This document shows, in pieces, positions 45,788-54,028 of a stretch of 64,000 nucleotides of DNA. This DNA is from Verrucomicrobiota bacterium (GTDB lineage: Bacteria > Verrucomicrobiota > Verrucomicrobiia > Limisphaerales > JADJPG01), in the NCBI GenBank assembly GCA_046048995.1, contig JBJOEZ010000001.1, forward strand, positions 25,048-89,047. The letters are read 5' to 3'. A program made the position numbers and the translations under genes. The first letter of the stretch is position 1. Each line of letters starts with the position of its first letter. The notes under the pieces were generated by a model. The model was given only the letters and a program-made list of their open reading frames with translations. It had not been told where the DNA came from and did not search any database.

Positions 45788-47227
45788 ATGAAGTTCGCCC
45801 TTTTTCCCGCGTGTGTCCGTCTCCTGGCGGCCCTGCCGGCCCTGCTGGGCGCCGGGCCGATCCTGGCCGCGCCTGCCGCGTCCGCTCCCCCCCGGCCGCC
45901 CAACGTGGTCCTGATCTTCTGCGACGACCTGGGTTACGGGGATCTGGGCTGTTACGGGGCCAAGGGATACCGCACCCCGCACCTGGATCAGCTGGCCCGG
46001 GACGGGATGCGGTTCACGGACTTCTACGTGCCGCAGGCCGTGTGCTCGGCCTCGCGGGCCGCGCTGCTGACCGGGTGTTATCCAAACCGGGTCGGGATCC
46101 TCGGGGCGCTCGGTCCGAACGCCCGCGTCGGCCTGCACAGCAACGAGTGGACCCTGGCCGAGATGCTGCGGGAACGCGGCTATGCGACCGCGGTTTACGG
46201 GAAGTGGCACCTGGGCCGGCCGGCGGAGTTCCTGCCGCCCGCCCATGGGTTTGATGAGTATTTCGGCCTGCCCTATTCCAACGACATGTGGCCGCATCAC
46301 CCGACCGGGGGCACCAATTATCCGCCGCTGCCGTTGATTGAGGGGACCGAGGTGGTGCGGCTGATGCCCAACCAGTCCCAGTTGACCACCTGGTTCACGG
46401 AACGGGCGGTGAAGTTCATCGACACCCACGCCGCCCGGCCGTTCTTCCTCTATGTGCCGCATCCGATGCCGCACGTGCCGCTGTTCGTGTCGGACAAGTT
46501 CAAGGGGAGCACCCCGCGCGGGCTTTTCGGCGATGTGCTGGCGGAAATCGACTGGTCGGTGGGCCAAATCCTCGACGCGCTCCGGCGCCACCGCCTGGAG
46601 GAGGACACGCTGGTGATTTTCACCTCGGACAACGGCCCCTGGCTGTCCTATGGCGACCATGCCGGATCGAGCGGCGGGTTCCGCGAGGGCAAGGGCACGG
46701 CCTGGGAAGGCGGCGTCCGCGTGCCCTTCCTGGCCCGCTGGCCGGGGCGCATCCCGCGGGGGACGGTCTGCCGCGAGCCGGCCATGACCATCGATGTGTT
46801 CCCCACGGTGGCGGGCTTGGCCGGCGGGCGGCTCCCGGAACATCCGATTGATGGACGGGATCTCTGGCCGCTCCTGAGCGGGCGGAAGGGGGCGAGTTCC
46901 CCGCATGAGGCGCTGTGGTTCTATTGGGACAGCGGCCTGCACGCCATCCGGAGCGGCTCGTGGAAGCTGCATTTCCCGCATTCCTACGTGCAGCCGAACC
47001 CGCCGGGCAACGGCGGCCGCCCGGGGCGCATGCTCAATCCCCGGACCGACCTGGCCCTCTATGACCTGGCCGCCGACCCGGGCGAGACGCGCGACCTCTC
47101 GGCGGCGCATCCCGAGGTGGTGGCGCGCCTGCAGGTCCTGGCCGACCGTGCGCGGGCGGACCTGGGGGATGGCCTGCTGCGGATGCGCCCGACGGGGGCG
47201 CGTCCGCCGGGGCGGGTCCGGGACTGA
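45788..47227 (+). CDS. Arylsulfatase (formylglycine-dependent sulfatase family)
   Basis: Signal peptide, then PNVVLIFCDDLGYGDLGCYG and the formylglycine motif CSASRAALLTGCYPNR. An AAGGAGGG Shine-Dalgarno lies upstream of the ATG. Confidence 0.9.
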   Translation: MKFALFPACVRLLAALPALLGAGPILAAPAASAPPRPPNVVLIFCDDLGYGDLGCYGAKGYRTPHLDQLARDGMRFTDFYVPQAVCSASRAALLTGCYPNRVGILGALGPNARVGLHSNEWTLAEMLRERGYATAVYGKWHLGRPAEFLPPAHGFDEYFGLPYSNDMWPHHPTGGTNYPPLPLIEGTEVVRLMPNQSQLTTWFTERAVKFIDTHAARPFFLYVPHPMPHVPLFVSDKFKGSTPRGLFGDVLAEIDWSVGQILDALRRHRLEEDTLVIFTSDNGPWLSYGDHAGSSGGFREGKGTAWEGGVRVPFLARWPGRIPRGTVCREPAMTIDVFPTVAGLAGGRLPEHPIDGRDLWPLLSGRKGASSPHEALWFYWDSGLHAIRSGSWKLHFPHSYVQPNPPGNGGRPGRMLNPRTDLALYDLAADPGETRDLSAAHPEVVARLQVLADRARADLGDGLLRMRPTGARPPGRVRD

Positions 47228-47238
47228 GCGCGGGGGGA

Positions 47239-47321
47239 CGGCGCGCGGGCGTCCCGTCCGCTGAACCGGCACCTCCTCCCGGGGGAACAGAACCGTGAAT
47301 GCCCTTTGGGGTACAGCCTCC
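47239..47321 (+). repeat. ~85-nt stop-codon-proximal repeat, copy 2 (full length, opposite orientation)
   Basis: CGGCGCGCGGGCGTCCCGTCCGCTGAACCGGCACCTCCTCCCGGGGGAACAGAACCGTGAATGCCCTTTGGGGTACAGCCTCC. It begins 11 nt after the sulfatase stop at 47227. Confidence 0.75.
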
Positions 47322-47348
47322 TCACATCGGCGGCTGCGCCAATCATCT

Positions 47349-47368
47349 CCGCCTCCCGACGTCGGCGG
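47349..47368. repeat. CCGCC-tc-CCGACGTCGG-CGG imperfect palindrome (ACGTCGGCGG-core element)
   Basis: Contains the 10-nt perfect palindrome CCGACGTCGG (47356-47365) and lies 21 nt from the POT transporter stop. Confidence 0.55.
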
Positions 47369-47388
47369 CCACCTCGTGAGCGGCCTGC

Positions 47389-48819
47389 TCAGCGGCCCTG
47401 GGCGGCGGACTGGTCGCGATACTTGTAGAAGGCGGCGATGACGCTGAAGGCGATGGCGACCACGAAGGTGAGGCCGGCGTAGAAGTAGAACATCTTGGGC
47501 GAGATGGAGACGGCGCCGGCGCTGGCCTGGCCGCCGGTCAGGGCCTTGGCGGCGATGAGGGTGATGAAGGAGACGAGGAGGTTGCCGAGGGCGACGGTGA
47601 GGTTCCAGAAGCCCATGATGGTGCTTTTCATGGAGGCGGCGGCCTCGCGGAAGGCGAACTCGAGGCCGGTGGTGGAGACGAGGACCTCGGCCATGGTGAG
47701 GACGATGTAGGGGACGATTTGCCAGAGCACGCTGACGGTGACGCCGGCGTCGATGCGCTGCTGGATGGCGGCGACGATGACGAAGGAGAGGGCGGCGAGG
47801 AACATCCCGTAGGACATGCGGCGGAGGGGGGAGGCGAGGCGGCCCAGCAGCGGGTAGAGCCACAGGGTCATGATCGGGACAAAGATCATGACGAGGATGG
47901 GGTTGATGGCGAGCATCTGCTCGGGCCCGATCTTGTAGGAGCCGAGGAGGTAGGGCTTCATTTTTTCGCCCTGCAGGACCCAGGTGGAGAAGGTCTGGTC
48001 GAAGAGGGCCCAGAAGACGGGGATGAGGGCGAAGACGCTGAGGATGGGCAGGACGGAGCGGGCGGCATCCACCTCGGCGGGGGAGAACCGCTGGCGGGCG
48101 GACTCCCAGCGGTCCTGGCCGGGGTTGCGAGGCCCGGTCAGGGCCGACCACATGACCTTGAAGAAGCCGGCCTGGCGGGTCTGGGAGGCGGGGGGCACGC
48201 GGGTGTAGTGGGGGGTGCCGAGCCAGAAGATGAGGGTGGCGATGCCCATGGCGATGCCGGGCACGCCGAAGGCCCAGCTGTAGCCGGCGGTGTCGCGGAT
48301 CCAGGGGATGATGAGGAAGGCGGCGGTGGAGCCGAAGTTGATGGCGAAGTAGAAGGCGGCGTAGGCCTTCTGCAGGAGGTGGCGCTGCTCGGGCTTGAAC
48401 TGGTCGCCCATGAAGGCGGACACGCACGGCTTGATGCCGCCGGACCCGAAGGCGATGAGGGCCAGGCCGATGTAGAGGCACATCACCTTGCCGTCCACGC
48501 CCGGGAAGAGGTCGCTCAGCGCCAGCACGCCGTGGCCGAGGCAGTAGCTCAGGGAGATCCAGAGGATGGTGTGGTAGCGGCCCCAGAAGCGGTCGGAGAC
48601 CCAGGCCCCGAGCAGGGGCATGAAATAGTTCACGAACCCGAACAGGTGGATGATGTGGGTCGCCTCGTCCCGGGTCTTCATCAGGACGGTCGTGATGTAG
48701 AGGGCGAGGATGCCCTTCATCCCGTAGTAGCTGAACCGCTCGGCGGCCTCGTTGCCGAGGATGTACTTCACCTGATGGGGCCAGCGTTCCTTGGGGGTCT
48801 CGGGGGCGGCGGTGCTCAT
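47389..48819 (-). CDS. Proton-dependent oligopeptide transporter (POT/PTR2 family, MFS)
   Basis: GNEAAERFSYYGMKGILALY (PTR2 signature 1) and FGSGGIKPCVSAFMGDQF (signature 2), with a multi-helix hydrophobic profile. Confidence 0.9.
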   Translation of the reverse strand: MSTAAPETPKERWPHQVKYILGNEAAERFSYYGMKGILALYITTVLMKTRDEATHIIHLFGFVNYFMPLLGAWVSDRFWGRYHTILWISLSYCLGHGVLALSDLFPGVDGKVMCLYIGLALIAFGSGGIKPCVSAFMGDQFKPEQRHLLQKAYAAFYFAINFGSTAAFLIIPWIRDTAGYSWAFGVPGIAMGIATLIFWLGTPHYTRVPPASQTRQAGFFKVMWSALTGPRNPGQDRWESARQRFSPAEVDAARSVLPILSVFALIPVFWALFDQTFSTWVLQGEKMKPYLLGSYKIGPEQMLAINPILVMIFVPIMTLWLYPLLGRLASPLRRMSYGMFLAALSFVIVAAIQQRIDAGVTVSVLWQIVPYIVLTMAEVLVSTTGLEFAFREAAASMKSTIMGFWNLTVALGNLLVSFITLIAAKALTGGQASAGAVSISPKMFYFYAGLTFVVAIAFSVIAAFYKYRDQSAAQGR

Positions 48820-48927
48820 AGGGGTGGCGGATGCGATTGCCGGGTTGAGTAGCGGATCCCCCGCGGATGGGCCAGCACGGATTTGCGCGGGGGGGGAAAG
48901 CGGCAGCTCCGCGGCCGCAGTCCAAGC

Positions 48928-51900
48928 CTAACGGAGGGACTGGAGGAGGCGGCGGATTTCGTTGAGGCGGGAACGGGGCTCGCGCTTGGTCAGGCGCGGG
49001 AATTTGCCGCCGGACTGGATGAAATCGCCGCCGCGCAGGAGCATGAGCTTGTCCTCCTTGCTCTCGATCACGCGGATGCCGCACCCGGCGGCCAGCACCT
49101 TGAGGATGGCCACCTGGAGAAGAAGCTCGGCGGCGGGCGGGAGGGGGCCGAACCGGTCGCGCAGTTCGCCCTTCAGGCGGCTGACGTCCTCCTCCCGCGT
49201 CACCTCGGCCAGCTTGCGGTAGAGCTCGATGCGCTGGCGGGGATCGGGCACGTAGGCCAGGGGCAGGCAGGCGGAAGCCGGCTTCACCGCGATGGGGACC
49301 GGGGCGGCCGCGCGGGCCGCGTCGTCGTCGGCCACCGTCACCGCCGTCTCGCGCGGCACCTGGATGTCGATCTCCGGCGCGGCCTCCGCCGACCGGCGCG
49401 GCCGGGCGGGGGCGTCCGCGGCGCGTTCCTCGACCGGGCCGAGCAGGAGAAAGTCCAGGCGCACCTGCACGTCGACGCGGGGCTGGACCTTCTCGCCCTT
49501 GAGCGAGGCGACGCTCTGCTTGAGCAGCTGGCAGTAGAGCTCGAAGCCGACCGCCGTGATGTGGCCGCTCTGCTGGGCGCCCAGCAGGTTGCCGGCCCCG
49601 CGGATCTCCAGGTCGCGCATGGCGATCTTGAACCCGCTCCCCAGCGAGGAGTACTGCTTGATCGCGCTGATGCGCTTGCGGGCGTCGGTCAGCATGCGGG
49701 CATGGCGCGGGATGAGGAGGTAGGCGTAGGCCTGGTGCTTGTAGCGGCCCACCCGCCCGCGGAGCTGGTAGAGATCGGACAGGCCGAAGCGGTCGGCGCG
49801 GTCGATGATGATGGTGTTGGCGTTGGGGATGTCGATGCCGCTCTCGATGATGGTGGTGGAGAGCAGGACGTCGGCGGCGCCGTTGATGAAGGAGGTCATG
49901 ACCTCCTCCAGCTCGTCGCTGTCCATCTGGCCGTGCCCGACGAGGATGCGGGCGCGGGGCAGGAGATGGCGGAGTTTCTGGGCCACGGCGTGGATGTCGA
50001 CCACGCGGTTGTGGAGGTAGAAGACCTGCCCGCCGCGGTTCATCTCCCGCTGGATGGCGTCGCGGATGGTGCGCTCGTCGTATTCGCAGACCACCGTCTC
50101 GACCGGCAGGCGGTCCTGCGGCGGGGTCTCGATGGTGCTCATGTCGCGGGCGCCGGTCAGGGCCAGGTGGAGGGTGCGGGGGATGGGGGTGGCGCTGAGG
50201 GTGAGGACGTCGATCAGGCGGCGGAGCACCTTGAACTTCTCCTTGTGCATGACACCGAAGCGCTGTTCCTCGTCGATGACCACCAGCCCGAGTTCCTTGA
50301 ACTCGACGTCGCCCTGGACCAGCCGGTGGGTGCCGATGACGATGTCGACCGCGCCGGTCGCGAGGTCGGCGAGGGTCTGGCGCTGCTGGCGGGCGGTGCG
50401 GAAGCGGGAGAGCAGGTCGATGCGCACCGGGTAATCGGCCATGCGCTCGCGGAAGTTGTTGTAATGCTGCTGGGCCAGCACGGTGGTGGGCACCAGCACG
50501 GCCACCTGTTTGCCGTCCATGACGGCCTTGAAGGCGGCCCGGATGGCCACCTCGGTCTTGCCGTAGCCCACGTCGCCGCAGATGAGGCGGTCCATGGGCT
50601 TGGGCGACTCCATGTCGGCCTTGGTGGCGAGGATGGCCTTCCATTGGTCGGGGGTTTCCTCGTAGAGGAACGACCCCTCGAACTCGCGCTGCCAGGGCGA
50701 GTCCGGCTTGAAGGCGTGTCCCGGCTGGGCGGCGCGCGCGGCCTGGATGGAGAGCAGTTCCCCGGCGAGATCGCGCACCGCGCGCTCGGCGTGTTCCTTG
50801 GCCTTCTGCCAGCGGCCGCCGCCCAGGGTGTTGAGGGCGGGCCGAACCTTGCCGGCCCCGACGTATTTGCCGACGAGGTGCGCCTCGCTGACCGGCACGT
50901 AGAGGCGCGGGGCCGGCTGGTCGGGCTCCTTGGCGGCATACTCCAGCACCAGGCATTCCTGCTGGGCGGTGAGGGCCGCCCCGGCCTTCTCCAGTTTCTT
51001 GGACCCGCCGGACAGCGGCATCATCTGCAGGCCGAGGTAGCGCCCGATGCCGTGCTCGAGGTGGACCACGTAGTCGCCCTCCTTGAGGTCGGCAAAATCG
51101 ATCTCGAGGAGGGATCGGGACGACTGGGCGTGGGGTGACTTGAGCCGGCGCGGCCGCTGCACCTTGTAGCGGCCGAAGACCTCGGCGTCCGTCACCACCA
51201 CCAGCCTGGCCTGGTCCCAGAAGAACCCGCGGCTGAGCGCCCCCAGCCGGACCGGCAGCGGCGCGGCGGGTTCCGGCCCGGCCGCCGGGACCAGCTCCGC
51301 CCAGACCTCGCCAAAGCGCTGGCGTTCCCCGTCGTTGTTGCAGAACACCTGGACGGTGCGCCCCTGGCGGGACCAGCGATGCAGTTGCGCGAAGAACTCC
51401 CGCCGCTGCAGCTCGGCCACCTGCGGTTCCGGGGCGCGCTCGAGGATGGGGCGGTAGGGGTCGAGTGATTCGAAGCGGAGGATCGAGGCGTCCGCCGGAT
51501 CCACCCCGCCCTCGTCCGAGAGGGCCACGACCGTCATGCCGGATCGCCCGAGCCCCTCCTGGAACGCCGCCCATGACAGGTGGAAGGCGTCCTGGGCGGG
51601 GACGTTTTCGGCGTAGGCGGCCGCCTGCGCCTCGAGGGTCGTGGGCTGGCAGAGCAGGACGATGGTCTCGGGCGGGAGATGATCCAGCAGGGTGGACAGG
51701 GCCGGTGCGGCAGGGTCCGCGCCGGCCGAGGCCACCTGGGCCTTGAGCAGGCCGAGTTCACCCCCGGGCGGGATGGTGACCGACTCGACGCCCTCGCGGG
51801 ACATCTGGGTGACGGGATCGAACCAGCGCAGGGATTCGAGTTCGTCGCCGAAGAATTCCAGGCGCACCGGCCAGGGACTGACGAGGGGGAAAAGGTCGAC

Positions 51901-52527
51901 GATGCCGCCGCGCAGGGCGATCTCGCCCTTGTGGTTGACCTGCACCTCGGGCTCGTAGCCCTGATCCTCGAGCCACTCGACGAGGTCGAGCGGGTCGAGG
52001 TGGTCGCCCTTGCGCAGGACGCGGGTGCGCCGGGCGATTTCGCCCGGGGGAAACGTGCGCTGGAGGACGGCGGTGGCGGTGGTGACAACGAGCGGCGCCG
52101 GGTGCGCGCCGGGGGTGGCCCGGGCATGGTCCGCGAGGGCCACGAGGGTCTCGAGGCGTTCGCTGATGACGTCCGCGTGCGGGAGCTTGGCCTCGTGTGG
52201 CAGGGTTTCCCAGGCGGGATGGAACAACGCGCGCAGGCCCGACCCGGGGGGGGCGGCGGCTTGGCCGGCCACCGCCGGCAGCCAGGTCTCCAGGTCCTGG
52301 TGAAAGGTTTCCTGGGCCTTGAGGCCGTCGGTGAGGACGAGGATGGGGCGGGTGGGGAACAACCGGCGCAGCAGGGCGGCGCAGAAGGGCTGGGCGGCCG
52401 GCGTCACCGCGTCGAGGGACAAGGGATCTCCCCGTTCCACGCGTTGCCGGAGGGCCTGCACCGCGGGAGAGTTCAGGAGGGCGGCCCACAGTTCCCTGTC
52501 GGTCGCGCTGGCATGGTCTGGCGCCAA
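48928..52527 (-). CDS. mfd: Transcription-repair coupling factor
   Basis: CarD/TRCF domain GDYVVHLEHGIGRYLGL, helicase motifs GDVGYGKTEVAIRAAF and DEEQRFGV, 1199 aa. The start is TTG 52525-52527 in the track, and no in-frame ATG lies nearby. Confidence 0.92.
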   Translation of the reverse strand: MAPDHASATDRELWAALLNSPAVQALRQRVERGDPLSLDAVTPAAQPFCAALLRRLFPTRPILVLTDGLKAQETFHQDLETWLPAVAGQAAAPPGSGLRALFHPAWETLPHEAKLPHADVISERLETLVALADHARATPGAHPAPLVVTTATAVLQRTFPPGEIARRTRVLRKGDHLDPLDLVEWLEDQGYEPEVQVNHKGEIALRGGIVDLFPLVSPWPVRLEFFGDELESLRWFDPVTQMSREGVESVTIPPGGELGLLKAQVASAGADPAAPALSTLLDHLPPETIVLLCQPTTLEAQAAAYAENVPAQDAFHLSWAAFQEGLGRSGMTVVALSDEGGVDPADASILRFESLDPYRPILERAPEPQVAELQRREFFAQLHRWSRQGRTVQVFCNNDGERQRFGEVWAELVPAAGPEPAAPLPVRLGALSRGFFWDQARLVVVTDAEVFGRYKVQRPRRLKSPHAQSSRSLLEIDFADLKEGDYVVHLEHGIGRYLGLQMMPLSGGSKKLEKAGAALTAQQECLVLEYAAKEPDQPAPRLYVPVSEAHLVGKYVGAGKVRPALNTLGGGRWQKAKEHAERAVRDLAGELLSIQAARAAQPGHAFKPDSPWQREFEGSFLYEETPDQWKAILATKADMESPKPMDRLICGDVGYGKTEVAIRAAFKAVMDGKQVAVLVPTTVLAQQHYNNFRERMADYPVRIDLLSRFRTARQQRQTLADLATGAVDIVIGTHRLVQGDVEFKELGLVVIDEEQRFGVMHKEKFKVLRRLIDVLTLSATPIPRTLHLALTGARDMSTIETPPQDRLPVETVVCEYDERTIRDAIQREMNRGGQVFYLHNRVVDIHAVAQKLRHLLPRARILVGHGQMDSDELEEVMTSFINGAADVLLSTTIIESGIDIPNANTIIIDRADRFGLSDLYQLRGRVGRYKHQAYAYLLIPRHARMLTDARKRISAIKQYSSLGSGFKIAMRDLEIRGAGNLLGAQQSGHITAVGFELYCQLLKQSVASLKGEKVQPRVDVQVRLDFLLLGPVEERAADAPARPRRSAEAAPEIDIQVPRETAVTVADDDAARAAAPVPIAVKPASACLPLAYVPDPRQRIELYRKLAEVTREEDVSRLKGELRDRFGPLPPAAELLLQVAILKVLAAGCGIRVIESKEDKLMLLRGGDFIQSGGKFPRLTKREPRSRLNEIRRLLQSLR

Positions 52528-52560
52528 GTCGCGCGAAGCTCGCAGCCGCCTGCCGGAGCG

Positions 52561-53373
52561 TCAAGCAGGGGAAGACCCCATCGCCGGGGCCGGTCCGGCC
52601 GCCAGGGCCTGGACGATGCGCCCGGCGGCGGCGAAACCGAAGGCGCCGGTCACGAAGCAGGCGGTGCCGTAGCCGCTCTCGCAATCGAGGCGGAGTTCCG
52701 AACCGGGTTCCCGCTGGGCGCAGACCCCGCCGTCGCGGGCCGGGTAGACGACGGGTTCCGGGGAATACACGCAGTCGATCCCGAAAAGGGAACCCTCGCC
52801 CGGGAAGCCATGGTGCTTGCGGAGCTGGCTGCGGACCTCGGCCAGGAGGCGGTCATGGGTGGACTTGGCGAGGTCGGCCACCCGCAGCGCAGTGGGGTCG
52901 CGGCGGCCGCCGGCGCCCCCCGTAACGAAAATCGGCAGGCCCCGCTCCCGGCAGCCGGCGATGAGGCGGCACTTCTGGGCGGGGCTGTCGATGGCGTCAA
53001 GGACGTAGGCAAAACCGGCGCCCAGGATCCGGTCGGCGCTGGTTTCGTTGAAAAACTCCTGCAGCGGGAGCAGCCGGCAGTCCGGGTGAATGGCCCGGAC
53101 GCGCTCCGCGAGGGCCGTCACCTTGGCCAGGCCGTAGCCGCCCTCGAGGGCGGGCAACTGCCGGTTGGTGTTGCTGACGCAGACGTCGTCGGGGTCGACC
53201 AGGGTGAGGGCGCCGACTCCGGATCGGGCGAGGGCCTCGACGGCCCAGGACCCGACCCCGCCAACCCCGACCACGCAGACATGGGCGGCGCGCAGGCGCT
53301 CCAGGCCGGCCTGGCCAAAGAGCCGGGCCACGCCGCTGAAGCGGGCCTGGAAGGGGTCGGTCAGGTCGGACAT
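52561..53373 (-). CDS. tcdA: tRNA threonylcarbamoyladenosine dehydratase (ThiF/MoeB-family, TcdA/CsdL)
   Basis: Start trimmed to ATG 53371-53373 (MSDLTDPFQARFSGVARLFG). VCVVGVGGVGSWAVEALARSGVGALTLVDPDDVCVSNTNRQ is typical of TcdA. Confidence 0.82.
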   Translation of the reverse strand: MSDLTDPFQARFSGVARLFGQAGLERLRAAHVCVVGVGGVGSWAVEALARSGVGALTLVDPDDVCVSNTNRQLPALEGGYGLAKVTALAERVRAIHPDCRLLPLQEFFNETSADRILGAGFAYVLDAIDSPAQKCRLIAGCRERGLPIFVTGGAGGRRDPTALRVADLAKSTHDRLLAEVRSQLRKHHGFPGEGSLFGIDCVYSPEPVVYPARDGGVCAQREPGSELRLDCESGYGTACFVTGAFGFAAAGRIVQALAAGPAPAMGSSPA

Positions 53374-53437
53374 GCCGGCGGGGTGGATAACGCCGGCGGC
53401 GCGGCTTGCCAAGGCTGGAGGCGGGTGGGGGGTGGAT

Positions 53438-53457
53438 CCGCCGACTGACGTCGGCGG
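53438..53457. repeat. CCGCCGAC-tgac-GTCGGCGG palindrome (ACGTCGGCGG-core element)
   Basis: 8-bp stem with a 4-nt loop, 20 nt downstream of the hemerythrin stop. The ACGTCGGCGGC core recurs at 47359-47369, and the CTGACGTC core at 5257-5264. Confidence 0.6.
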
Positions 53458-53476
53458 CTGCGCTGAGCCGAGGGCG

Positions 53477-53920
53477 TCAGCGGGCGGGGACGGCGCGTTG
53501 GCGGGCCCAGGCTCGGCCGAGTTTGTGGAGGGTCTCACCCTTCATCTGTTCGTCGGCGAGGCGGAAGAGGATGCGGTCCTCGAGGTCGAACTCCTTGCGG
53601 GTGAGGCGGACCACGTTGAGGAGGCGGCGTTGGGCTTCCTTGCGGGTGCGGGCGGTGCGGACCTGGTCGAGGCCGTGGCAGATGGCATCGTGCTCGTGCT
53701 GGACCTTCTCGAGCTTGCCCATTTGGTCGAGACCGACCTCGAGGCCATTGAAGAGGAGTTCATCCTCGAGGCGGGCGTGGGAGCGGAGGGCGGCCTCCAT
53801 GAGCCCGGCCATGGCCTTGATTTCGCCGACGGTGCGGGCGGCGGGGATGGCATCCTCGAGATGATCGAGCTGGGCATAGAGCACGGCATGCTCGGCGATG
53901 AAGGCGTCGGTGATTTTCAT
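53477..53920 (-). CDS. Hemerythrin-like (HHE cation-binding) domain protein
   Basis: 147 aa. The H/E pattern IAEHAVLYAQLDHLE ... RSHARLEDELLF ... VQHEHDAICH is characteristic of hemerythrin-like four-helix bundles. Confidence 0.75.
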   Translation of the reverse strand: MKITDAFIAEHAVLYAQLDHLEDAIPAARTVGEIKAMAGLMEAALRSHARLEDELLFNGLEVGLDQMGKLEKVQHEHDAICHGLDQVRTARTRKEAQRRLLNVVRLTRKEFDLEDRILFRLADEQMKGETLHKLGRAWARQRAVPAR

Positions 53921-54028
53921 GGGACGACGGTGCAGTGACAGCCCTTGGACAGCGCGGTGGGCGCCGTGTTCAGGCCGAGGAAGAGGATCGGCCGGGGACC
54001 TGGATCCCTGAAGCCCGGGGGCCGGGCG

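Noticed and set aside
48897-48904. G8 homopolymers (approximately 48897-48904 and 9159-9166) as phase-variation switches
   Set aside because: Eight-nucleotide G/C runs are not unexpected at this GC content. They lie outside coding sequence, and there is no contingency-gene context. I retained only a low-interest note for the SDR gene.
45656-51574. 1972-aa minus-strand ORF, the 48883..51138 plus-strand ORF, and the similar long antisense ORFs 17895..21242 and 21252..25184
   Set aside because: They overlap, in the wrong frame or on the wrong strand, the strongly supported sulfatase, POT, mfd, PSD1, DUF1501 and dehydrogenase genes. Their composition is typical of GC-driven spurious ORFs.
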